Source of the DNA: Raja brachyura
Taxonomy: Eukaryota
DNA length: 64,000 bases
NCBI GenBank assembly: GCA_963514005.1
Contig: OY740795.1
Location: 434,001-498,000 of the forward strand
Direction of reading: 5' to 3'
In this document: positions 54,322 to 64,000 of the stretch, piece by piece
How the letters are laid out: the number at the start of each line of letters is the position of its first letter
Numbering within the stretch: position 1 is the stretch's first letter
Made by a program: the position numbers and the translations under genes
Notes under the pieces: model-generated
The model's input: the letters and a program-made list of their open reading frames with translations, nothing else
Told to the model about the DNA's origin: nothing
The model's database searches: none

Positions 54322-54627
54322 CTGTGCGCGGACTCAATGCACAGTAATACAGAGCCGAATCGCCAAATTCCACTTCGAAGATCGTTAACAGGCAGATTTT
54401 CTTGCCTGGATCAAGAGAACCGAACATTCGTCCCCTGGGTGTCTCTTCCTTATCCCGCTCGCCCAAACTATTTCTTTTTAGAATGAAATTTGGTGCATGT
54501 CCTCGGACCTGCCGGTACCAGAACACTGTGTACGAACAGTGACCGGAATATTTACAGGTTAAAGTGACGGCGTCGCCATCAGGAGAAGATTGTAGATGCG
54601 GAGTCTGTTCTCCTGGAGAAATATAAT
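54322..54627 (-). CDS. NAR-TCR supporting TCR V-delta segment (leaderless, CDR1 cysteine)
   Basis: Acceptor ttctattcccacag. Translation (D)YISPGEQTPHLQSSPDGDAVTLTCKYSGHCSYTVFWYRQVRGHAPNFILKR...DSALYYCALSPRT is open. No leader exon found upstream; in phase with the NAR J donor. Confidence 0.9.
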
Positions 54628-55779
54628 CTGTGGGAATAGAAAGAGAAAATAATTGTGACTATTTTTAATAATATGTTGTAAAGTTACAACCTGAAGATAT
54701 CCCGGTATCTCGCCAGTTTGCACGATTTAAAACAGGCGTCAAATTTACTGATCGTTGCCGAAAGGAATCTAAATTGGAGAAGGTGATATCCAGCGACCTG
54801 TTGGTGTGGAACATTAGTTGGCATAACGGCTGAAGTGGGCGGCAGGGACCCTCAAATGTGTATTGTTCAAACGGGTACATTTGGGAAGCGATGGGATGGA
54901 AGCAGCAGTTTGGGAATATTTGTGCAGCAGGTCAAGGTGACAAAATATGCACGATGGGCCGAATTCCTGTGCTATGAGTTGCCATGGTTTATCTTGATAC
55001 CTATTACTTACCCCCCTCTTACTTGATGAAATGCAATCATGAATAAATTGTGGTCATATCGATTATTTTCCCCTCTGCGAAAATGATATTTTGAGTAACT
55101 TATTTGAAGTGTCACAACTGAATCCCCAGCAATGTCTGTGAGCAAGATAAAAGTTTAACTAGCGCTGCCTCTCCCGGGCACTGCGCAACACTGTCCAACT
55201 GTCAATCTTCAGTTTGTTGTGAAAGCACTCTAGATCATATTTGTCTACATTGAACGGGATAAATACAAACTCCTGACTATATTTTACCCTCATTCCTCCG
55301 ACTTTTGTCTCTTTTATATGCCTTTCACACGTTTGTCAACATTCTATATTCGTTTCCTTTCGTTGCAGTCAGTTTCATTTTTTTTTCTAAATGTGGGTCG
55401 CACGCTTTTTATTGTTGACAGTTTACATTTTCCAACCGTGAGTATCTTTCCCACAGAATATCAGTCGTCGGTTTGGTTCAGTTAGTGCAAGGTTTTGCGT
55501 GGGTTACTCAATCACAATCAGCAATCCTGTTTTGTTATTATCAGCGCATCTCGGTGGTTTAATATTCACAGCGCGTGGGTACACGGTGCACTATTGCTCC
55601 CTATGCATTGGATTAATGCATTAAAGCTTGAAAATCTCTCAGGCAACCCCTGTTACGTCGGCGGTTCCCGTTTTTACTTTGCATATTTATCAATTGCTAT
55701 GGTAAGAATACCGTTGGCAAGTACAACAATGACCCCCCCCCCCCCCCCCGCCCATCCCTCCAACTGCCATCTCAAATCC

Positions 55780-56575
55780 AAGGTGCTACACCTTGGCAGG
55801 ACAAATCAAAATAGGACATACATGGTAAACGGTAGGGAATTGAAGAATACAGTTGAACAGAGGGATCTGGGAATAACCGTGCATAGTTCCTTGAAGGTGG
55901 AATCTCATATAGATAGGGTGGGAAAGAAAGCCTTTGGTATGCTAGCCTTTATAAATCAGAGCATTGAGTATAGAAGCTGGGATGTAATGTTAAAATTGTA
56001 CAAGGAATTGGTGAGACCAAAATGTGGAGTATGGTGTACAATTTTGGTCGCCCAATTTATAGGAAGGATGTCAACAAAATAGAGAGGGTACAGAGGAGAT
56101 TTACTAGAATGTTGCCTGGGTTTCAACAGCTAGGTTACAGAGATAGGTTGAATAAGTTAGGTCTTTATTCTCTGGAGCGCAGAAGTTTAAGGGGGGACTT
56201 GATAGAGGTCTTTAAAATGATGAGAGGGATAGACAGAGTTGATGTGGACAAGCTTTTCCCTTTGAGAATAGGTAAGATTCAAACAAGAGGACATGGCTTT
56301 CGAATTAAGGGATAGAGGTTTAGGGGTAACGTGAGGGGGAACTTCTTGACTCAGAGAGTGGTAGCGGTGTGGAATGAACTTCCAGTGGAAGTGGTGCCGG
56401 CAGGTTAGTTGGTATCATTTAAAAATAAATTGGATAGGCATATGGATGAGAAGGGTATGGAGGGTTATGGTATGAGTGCAGGCAGGTGGGACTAAGGGAA
56501 AAACGTTGTTCGGCACGGACTTGAAGGGCCGAGATGGCCTGTTTCCGTGCTGTAATGGTTATATGGTTATATGGT
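55780..56575 (+). mobile_element. CR1 3' fragment in the NAR-J / V-delta intron (same subfamily as 11260-13754)
   Basis: Near-identical to 12960-13754. Confidence 0.9.
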
Positions 56576-57127
56576 TTCCCTGGGGTGTGTTCTACGACTT
56601 CTGTCTGCGGACACTCTTTCTGATGGAACTTAATTGTCAGCATTCACGTCTCGATGACTCTGCGTAAGCACATTGCGAAAATGGCGCTAGTTTATTTCGA
56701 CGAAGACTAATGTAAAACCGGTCATAGTAGTGAACTTAAATATATGAACATAATGCGCCGACGAAGGCCGTTCTGCGTGAAACATTAACTGATTCAGTTT
56801 TCAAGTCAAGTCAAATTTATTCGTCACATACACATACGGGGTGTGCAGTGAAATGAAAAGTGGCCGTGCCTGCGGACTTTGTGCAAAAAACAAACAAACA
56901 ACAAACTACAAACAGAATCACATGTTAATTTTTATATTAAATATTGTGGGTGGTATTGTGGTACAGCAATTAGTAGAGTTAGTCCCTGATGAGATAGGAG
57001 TTTACAGTCCGAATGGCCTCTGGGAAGAAATTCCTTCTCATCCTCTCCGTTCTCACAGCATGGCAACGGAGGCCTTTGCCTTACCGTAAGAGCTGGAACA
57101 GTTCGTTGCAGGGGTGGAAGGGGTCGC

Positions 57128-57900
57128 CCATATAACCATATAACCATATAAAAATTACAGCACGGAGACAGGCCCTCTCGGCCCTTCCAGTCCGTGCCGA
57201 CCATTTATTTCCCCCTAGTCCCATCTACCTGCACTCAGACCATACCAATCCATTCCCTTCCCGTCCATATACCTATCCACTTTACTTTTGAATTATAAAA
57301 TCGATCCTGCCTCCATCACTTCTGCTGGAAGCTCATTCCACACAGCCACCACTCTCTGAGTAACGAAGATCCCCCTCATGTTACCCCTAAACTTCTGTCC
57401 CTTAATTCTCATGTCATGCCCTCTTGTTTAAATCTTCCCTAACCTCAATGGGAAAAGCTTATCCACATCAACTCTGTCTATGCCTTTCACCATTTTAAAC
57501 ACCTCAATCAAGTCCCCCCTTAACCTTCTGCGCTCCAAAGAATAAAGACCTAACTTGTTCAACCTTTCTCTGTAACTTAGTTGCTGGAAGCCTTCAACAT
57601 TCTAGTAAATCTCCTCTGTACTCAATCTATTTTGTTCATATTTTGCTCCCATTATCTTATTGGCTCTGGAGTTGCACCTCCTGATGTGTAGTTCCTGCAG
57701 AGGGGCGAGTGAAGTCCCCATAGTGCGTTCGGCCGAACGCACTACTCTCTGCAGAGCCTTCTTCTCCTGGGCAGAGCAATTCCCAAACCAGATTGTAATG
57801 TTTCCAGACAGGATCCTTTCCACAGCCGCAGAGTAGAAGCACTGGAGGTTCTTCGGAGACACTCTGAACATCGTCACATCGTCCTCCCATCACCATTGGG
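57128..57900 (-). mobile_element. CR1 3' fragment (57128-57645) joined to a Rex1/Babar-like fragment (57650-57900)
   Basis: aaccatat tail; ERILSGNITIWFGNC and KALQRVVRSAER. Confidence 0.8.
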
Positions 57901-58007
57901 GTTTCATAACATTTGTATCATTACAGGCATTTTTTTCATTTTCAATATTAATATGTTAAATATTGCTGGGAACAAAAGAAGGTGAGGTGAGGTGTGGACA
58001 AGCTTAC

Positions 58008-58066
58008 CAGCCGTGACAATCACCGTTGTCCCCGCTCCATCTTTGTAGTAGGTGCTCGCAGAATAC
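58008..58066 (-). CDS. NAR-TCR J segment (YSASTYYKDGAGTTVIVTA-)
   Basis: IgNAR-type DGAGT motif instead of FGXG/WGXG. RSS at the 5' side and a phase-1 gtaagc donor at the 3' side. Confidence 0.9.
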
Positions 58067-58105
58067 CACAGTGATCCGGCTCTTATTCACTCCAGATCAA
58101 GAACC
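58067..58105 (-). promoter_or_regulatory. 23-RSS 5' of the NAR-TCR J
   Basis: Minus strand: GGTTCTTGA (58105-58097) + 23 nt + CACTGTG (58073-58067). Confidence 0.88.
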
Positions 58106-58433
58106 ACCGCAATTTCAAAGTGGATATAGCGAGATGCTATGCAATATCCACGGATAAATCACCACATTTAACAACTGTGGATATCGCAGGTCCACAATTC
58201 TCAGGTCCTCGGGTCCTCGGCTGTTGTGACCTGTTGACTGAGAGACATGTAGTTTTCCATCAAATGTTCTTGGGACACGAGCCGCTGATCGATACACAAA
58301 CAAGGGGCAACGCTTCAGAATGAGAGAAGTTACAATAAATCCCCACAGAAAATGTATGATCGAAAACGTGTCGTTCCAAACATCAACTCAAACCGTCTCT
58401 GAACCCCGATATTACATATATTCACTGTCCCGA

Positions 58434-58461
58434 GATTTTTGCTCGGGCCTCTTCCACTGTG
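58434..58461 (-). promoter_or_regulatory. 12-RSS 3' of the NAR-TCR D
   Basis: Minus strand: CACAGTG (58461-58455) + 12 nt + GCAAAAATC (58442-58434). Confidence 0.88.
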
Positions 58462-58476
58462 TTGCTCCAAGCATCG
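58462..58476 (-). CDS. NAR-TCR D segment (15 nt, cgatgcttggagcaa)
   Basis: Lies between two perfect inverted heptamers, positioned between the NAR V and J. Frames read RCLEQ, DAWS and MLGA. Confidence 0.88.
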
Positions 58477-58504
58477 CACAGTGTTTCGCGTCATTTTTAT
58501 ATCC
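58477..58504 (-). promoter_or_regulatory. 12-RSS 5' of the NAR-TCR D (perfect heptamer, degenerate nonamer)
   Basis: Minus strand: GGATATAAA (58504-58496) + 12 nt + CACTGTG (58483-58477). Confidence 0.7.
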
Positions 58505-58817
58505 AAGGGGAGTAAATAAGGAAGGTTGGCAGAAATTGATCGCTGAGAAAATGCCATTCCAAGACTCAACTGCTTGAGGAGGACCGCAACTTGAATTGTG
58601 GACTGGGAAGATGCAACAGTCACACCTGTCTCAACCCATGGACAACAATCTCGGGATAGGCGGCATTATGCGTGCACGATCACTACTGAGAAAATCTAGT
58701 GTGTGAAAAGCAGCAATCGAAATTCCGATTAACCCAGACCCAGGGTGGCGGAACCGGGGGTTGATCGGTAGATTTATTCTCCCTTCGACATCTCATACTG
58801 GGACAATCTGCAATGAA

Positions 58818-58855
58818 GATGTTTGTATCACATGAGGCCCAGGGTCATCACCGTG
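58818..58855 (-). promoter_or_regulatory. RSS of the NAR-TCR V (22-bp spacer)
   Basis: Minus strand: CACGGTG (58855-58849) + 22 nt + ACAAACATC (58826-58818). Confidence 0.85.
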
Positions 58856-59149
58856 TGCTTTGCCACCAGTACTCGGCTTGGCAGTAATAGGTGGCGCTGT
58901 CTTCAATTCTCAGATCCCGAATTTTCAACGTAAAGGTCATTCCTGCTTTGTCCACCCATGCAACAAATCGCCCGCCTCTGGTGATCAGCTGGCGATCTGC
59001 GCCGGACTTGGTCTGCTTGAAGAATTTTCCTGCCTGAAAACGGTAAGTACCGGATGAACCGTGTTGGAAACTGCAGGAGATTGTGAGAGACTGACACTCC
59101 TTCACGATTACCTCCGTCGGGCTTTGGGTCACCGATTGACTAGCGGAAG
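58856..59149 (-). CDS. NAR-TCR V exon (IgNAR-like variable domain)
   Basis: Acceptor ttcgtttccag. Translation SASQSVTQSPTEVIVKECQSLTISC...FFKQTKSGADRQLITRGGRFVAWVDKAGMTFTLKIRDLRIEDSATYYCQAEYWWQS. VNAR-type short FR2/CDR2 with GGRF, and an extra FR1 cysteine. Confidence 0.9.
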
Positions 59150-59273
59150 CTGGAAACGAAACAAAGAGAGGTGGGAAAGGGCATCAGTTGACGACTTCTG
59201 GACAGAGCCGTATTCAACATTCGAAATGCGTTCGGGTATTGAGGTAGTTAGAGAGTTTTTGAAGGATACTCAC

Positions 59274-59316
59274 GGAATATGCACAGACAAAAAGTAAAAA
59301 GTAATAACATCCCCAT
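59274..59316 (-). CDS. Leader exon of NAR-TCR V (MGMLLLFTFCLCIF-)
   Basis: ATG, 14 hydrophobic codons plus 1 nt, gtgagt donor, and a 124-nt phase-1 intron. Confidence 0.88.
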
Positions 59317-60884
59317 AGCTTTCTTCCTGGTGGCATATGTGAAGTGGAATTGGAGAACACGGCCCTGAATTGGTGGAACGGGCTTCAAAACAGAAATTGA
59401 CCTGAACACGGCAAATGATCGCTGTGGATCTTCTCTGGGAACTGTTTTCAACATTACTAAAAGGACCCGATCAGTCGGAATGTGCTGTGTAAAAAATGGA
59501 GAGGTTTAAAATGAGAGCCTTCAATGTGCTGTCTCTGCTTTGTGCCACTGATCATCGCACCACCCGCATTCCCGTCGAGTAAATCGAACGTGGTGTTCTG
59601 ATGGTGATGAATGCCGCTCCAGTTTGCTCCCTAGTAGTGGTCCAGCAGAGGACTGCCGTGGGTTATTGGAGCGCTGCAGTGGAGCGTCAGTTGAGAGCTG
59701 ATGAAGCGGACGAGGTTGGTTCACTGTCATCAATGGACCAACAGCGTGGGGCCGCAATGCGACCCGAGAGCTGCACTGAATAATTCCAGCAGATTTAATA
59801 ACCTGGAGAACCGTAACGGGAAGATCGATGTTGACTGTTAATTCGAGCAGTGGGCGCCAGACGCCAGCAATGCGCTCGTCTCAAGGTTGCAGGGATTGGT
59901 GAGACCGCCTCTGAGGCAGAGAAACGCAGGTTGGGGTGGGTGTGGTTTGGGGAATAGACGAATAGCGTATGTTTGTAAACGCGTACCTCCAGTTATCAGG
60001 CAACAGTACCGTCGTCGTACCAACTCGACGGCAGACCTGACCTGCCATCTACTCCATTAGAGACCTTAGAACTACTTGTCATCGGACGATACATGACCTT
60101 ATCTTTCACAAAAAATTATACCCATTAGCCTGTGCCTGCACACTGTGGACGGATTGATTGCAATAATGTTTTTTTCGCTGGTTGGATGCATGCAGTAAAC
60201 AATGCGTGCTACTGTACACGTCGGTACACGTGACAACAAAAAACCGGACAAAAACGAACATAATTATCTGCAAGTTTCATTAATTTATTCCAATTTTCGC
60301 AGTGAGCTGTGTTGGCGGAAGTCTTCTTTCTCTCGTTTGCTCTAGCATGTTGAACGACATATCGTGTATAGCCGCGAAAGCGTCTTAATATTGCCTATTT
60401 GTGAACGCTGAGTTAATTGTCTGTTCTCAGCTTTTACAGATCCACCTCCTTGTGAGTCAGATCAGCATTTTGTACATTATGGTGAGCGCAAAATGAGGTG
60501 GGAGGTTTAAACAGTTGATGGAGAGGAAGTCAGCCGCCGATGTGTTCGCAGATGGCAATGATCGCTTGGGAAAGCACAGCCTGTTTCAAAACGTGGACTT
60601 GACATTTTTAGCGCGTGCAGGCGTCGACCGGGCGTTGTTGGCTGAAATGGAAATTGCGGTGTTGTGTAATAACCTCTTGCTTTTAAACCCACGTGCTTTG
60701 GTGAACCTTTAGGTTTAAAAGACGAAACTAAAATTAAAAATCAGAGTGATTTAAATGAAAACATTTAGTTGGGATTGTACTTATTATAAAATTCGACCTC
60801 ATGAAACACTTAGTGCCGGCTTAACTCAGCCGGTCAAACCGCACCTCTGGACGACATAAATCGGTGACATTTCAGGTTTTGTTT

Positions 60885-61150
60885 AGTTTGGAAATACAAC
60901 GCAGAAACAGGCCCTTCAGCCCAACGAGTTCACACCGACCAGCGAATCCGGCGCATTAACACTACCCTACACACCCCAGGTACAGTGTTACTGTTATACC
61001 AAGCCAATTAACGTACAAACCTGTACATCTTTCAGGGGTGAGAGGAAACAGAAGATCAAGGAGAAAATCCCCTCAGGTCCCAGGTAGAACGTACAGACAC
61101 CGTACAGACAGGCACACACAGTCAGCATCGAGCCCATGTCTCTGGAGCTG
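60885..61150 (-). mobile_element. tRNA-derived SINE (degraded)
   Basis: Reverse complement of the SINE seen near 460 and 5090 (gaaacaggcccttc...agaacgtac...cgtacagaca). Confidence 0.7.
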
Positions 61151-62849
61151 TTAAGCAACGGTTCTGTCGCTGGACGGAGTCTTTCATCGGACTTCTGAAG
61201 GTGAAGCGGTATAACTGCAATGCGAGGCTTCCGATAATTGTGAGGAGGCGCCGTGGATTAAAACAACGGGAGCTAGAGTGCGACCAACTAACGCTGATCT
61301 ACAGTTCGTGGTCTGAACAGCACACTGGCGGCAGTTATGAACGTAGCGTCGAAGCGTTAAGGATTCCCAGAATATAAAGCAAAGACGACTGAAGCTATTA
61401 TTGGCACAGGATAAACAGTCCACTGTGGTCGATGATTTCAGGTTTGCAGACCGAGTGTGGCTCGTTGTTGAACCAACTGAGAATCGGTTCTCAAATTCCC
61501 CTCACACTCCATCCCTTCCACCCTGACTCTCAGTGCAATGGTATTCTACCAACGGAGAAAACACGAGGGGGCTTATGGCCCAAGCCTCTCAGTAATCTCG
61601 TGGTATTTCATTATTTTTCTGTTCAATGCTTACGTTCAAACCTTTGTTATGAACTTGGGATATATTTTCCTCGGAGGAATATTCCCAATGGAGTTCTCCC
61701 ACTCAACCTATGTGGCCTCGCCGCCACACATTCTCCCAATATCTAACGTATTTCCGTTGGACCATGTATTTTGGTAGATGGTATAAACAACTATCTATCT
61801 CAATTTTGACCGTTTATATGGTACGAGGAATGATCAGACGTTGCGAACCAGCAGTGAATCGGGAAACGTGAAACGATGAGTTCTTGGGAGAGTAAATTTG
61901 AAGAGGAAGGTGCAATGTTGACTGGCTTCAGCAAAATATAAAACCCATAGCACAAAACAATAAATCTTTTCACTGTACCTCTGTCCAGGTGACAATAACA
62001 ATTTAAACTAAATAGGTGATTCCCGCTGCTAACGTGTCCTCCACGGAGTAATATGACCCATTATCGCATTTTAATTTTGCGCCAGATTTTGAGCATCTTT
62101 ACGTTCAAATGTAGAACTATCAATGTGTCACAGCCGAAGGTACAACTCATTCTCCCTCGCAGAGTCATCCCGAGTGCGGGTGTCGACATTGGCGCAGTCT
62201 GCTTGGCGTCAGATTTCTACCGGTAAGTGAAGGCGGGTATAAACTCTTCGTTCACTGCCGTCATGAAAATGGGTTCATCTTCTCTGGTCACGGAAGACAG
62301 CAAAAACATCGCGATGGGATCCATGTCGGTGGACCAGTGGCCTCACTGGAATGTGAATCGAGATCAGAACTGAAGATATCAGCGAGACGGTCGGAATCTC
62401 CCTTCAAGCAAATCAACTATAGATCCAGAAAAGAGTCGTAGGGCACAAAACTTAATCGCGAATTTCTATTCACAGGAGAGACCCACCTGCTGAGTATTTC
62501 TTACCTTATCTAGACCCCCCCCCCCCCCCAAGTTTACGCATATTCTTGATGCGGAAATTCATTTGGGGGTTCGGGTTTTTATATTTTTATCATTTCTCAG
62601 TCATTTTGGCATTGCGTAGCTGCTGTAATATCGAAAGAATGCAATATTATATCGTCCATCCTCGCCTTCATATCATCTGGTATTGTTTAGCGTAGTTTTG
62701 TTTAATTTGGTTTGAATATAGAGCGCGGAAAAAGGCCCTTTGGCCCACGGAGTGGACACCGACCAGCGACCCCCGCACACATACGCTATCCAAACACACT
62801 AGGCAAAATTTACAATTATACCAAACCAATCAACATCCAAAATAATGAA

Positions 62850-64000
62850 AGGCTAGGATGGAGTGGATGCGTAGAGGATGTTTCCACCAGTGGGAGAGTC
62901 GAGGACTAGAGGCCATAACCTCAGAAGTAAAGGACGTTATTTTAGGAAGCGGAGAGATTTCTTTAGACAGAGGGTGGTGAATCTGTGGAATTCTTTGCTA
63001 CTGAATGCTGTGGAGGCCGTCAATGGATATTTTTAAGGCAGAGATAGATATATTCTTGATTTGTATTTGATTGATTTTCTAATTGTATATGTTCCTATAA
63101 GATCGCCCCTCATCCTTCTAAACTCCAGTGAATACATAGAAATATAAAAACATAGAAAATATGTGCAGCAGGAGGCCATTCGGCCCTTCGAGCCAGCACA
63201 GCCATTCAATATGATCATGGCTCATCGTCTGCTATCAATTACCCGTGCCTGCCTTCTCCCCATATCCCTTGACTCCAATAGCCCCGAGTGCTCTATCCAA
63301 CTTTCTCCTAAATCCATCCCGTGATTTGGCCTCCACTGCCCTCTGTGGCAGGGAATTCCATAAATTCGCAACTCTCTGGGTATTTTTTTTTCCTCAGCTC
63401 AGTCTTAAATGACCACCCCTTTATTGTAAGACTGTGGGCCCTGGTTCTGGATTCACCCAACATTGGGAACATTTTACCTGCATCTAACTTGTCCAGTCCT
63501 GTTATAATTGTGTATGTTTTTATAAGATCCCCCCTCATCCTTCTAAACTCCAGTGAATATAAGCCTAGTGTTTTCACTCTTTCCTCATATCACAGTCCCG
63601 CCATCCCAGGGATCAATCTCGTGTACCCACGCTGCACTGCCTCAATCACAAGGATGTCGTTCCTCAAATTAGGAGACCAAAAACTGGCCACAATATCCCA
63701 GATGTGGTCTCACCAGATCCCTATACAACTGCAGAAGAATACCTCTGCTCCTCCACTGAAATCCTCTAGTTATGAAGGCCAACATTCCATTAGCTTTCTT
63801 CACTGCCTGCTGTACCTGCACGCCACTTGATGTAATTATGTGTTGCCGTTCTGCTGAATAGTTAGCACGCAACAAGAGCTTTTCATAATTCCTCTGTAAT
63901 CGTGACAATAAACAAGAGACACTATGTGCAGAAGTAGGGCATTCGGACTTTCGAGCCAGCACTGCTATTCAATGTGATCATGGCTGATCATCTTCAACCA
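62850..64000. mobile_element. Cluster of CR1 3' fragments, mainly minus strand (63030-63830)
   Basis: LGLYSLEFRRMRGDLI, VQQAVKKANGMLAFI and 3' UTR motifs. Confidence 0.85.

Noticed and set aside
53596-54486. 296-aa ORF
   Set aside because: Artefact of translating through the N gap and the antisense strand of the V-delta.
55006-55140. Possible leader or extra exon upstream of the supporting V-delta (strong gtaagt donor at 55011; MIAFHQVRG-)
   Set aside because: The peptide is too short and not hydrophobic for a signal peptide. The candidate internal exon 55135-55012 (124 nt) would shift the frame. The V-delta is therefore treated as leaderless.
58008-59316. IgNAR antibody cluster
   Set aside because: Only one D rather than the usual three, and no constant exons downstream. 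The next acceptor belongs to a TCR V-delta with a CDR1 cysteine.
59500-62700. Short ORFs and possible exons upstream of the NAR-TCR leader
   Set aside because: No Ig-domain, RSS or other recognisable motif, and no consistent exon structure.

Overview
Vertebrate genomic DNA, most likely from a cartilaginous fish (probably a skate or ray, inferred from the CR1/SINE repertoire and gene content), covering part of a T-cell receptor alpha/delta locus. The main feature is a complete germline NAR-TCR cassette on the minus strand (59316-54283). It runs leader - IgNAR-like V - 22-RSS, then 12-RSS - D - 12-RSS, then 23-RSS - J, then a 3.4-kb intron and a leaderless 'supporting' TCR V-delta with a 23-RSS. 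Both V domains carry the extra cysteines expected for the inter-domain disulfide. On the plus strand are two intact paralogous TCR Valpha/delta genes (3664-4172 and 39852-40360) and an orphan leader whose V exon has been lost (25113-25158), all inside a multi-copy segmental duplication. Between the V genes lie an intact two-exon GPR139-like GPCR and a pseudogene paralog. The rest is mostly transposons: CR1, L1/Tx1-like and Rex1/Babar-like LINEs, a Penelope-like element, tRNA-derived SINEs, a 1-kb TIR element, a chromoviral Ty3/Gypsy element and a degraded ERV-L-like (class III) retroviral pol. An assembly gap (53661-54142) separates the NAR-TCR cassette from the plus-strand V genes. Repeat boundaries are approximate, and family names come from motif recognition, not database searches.
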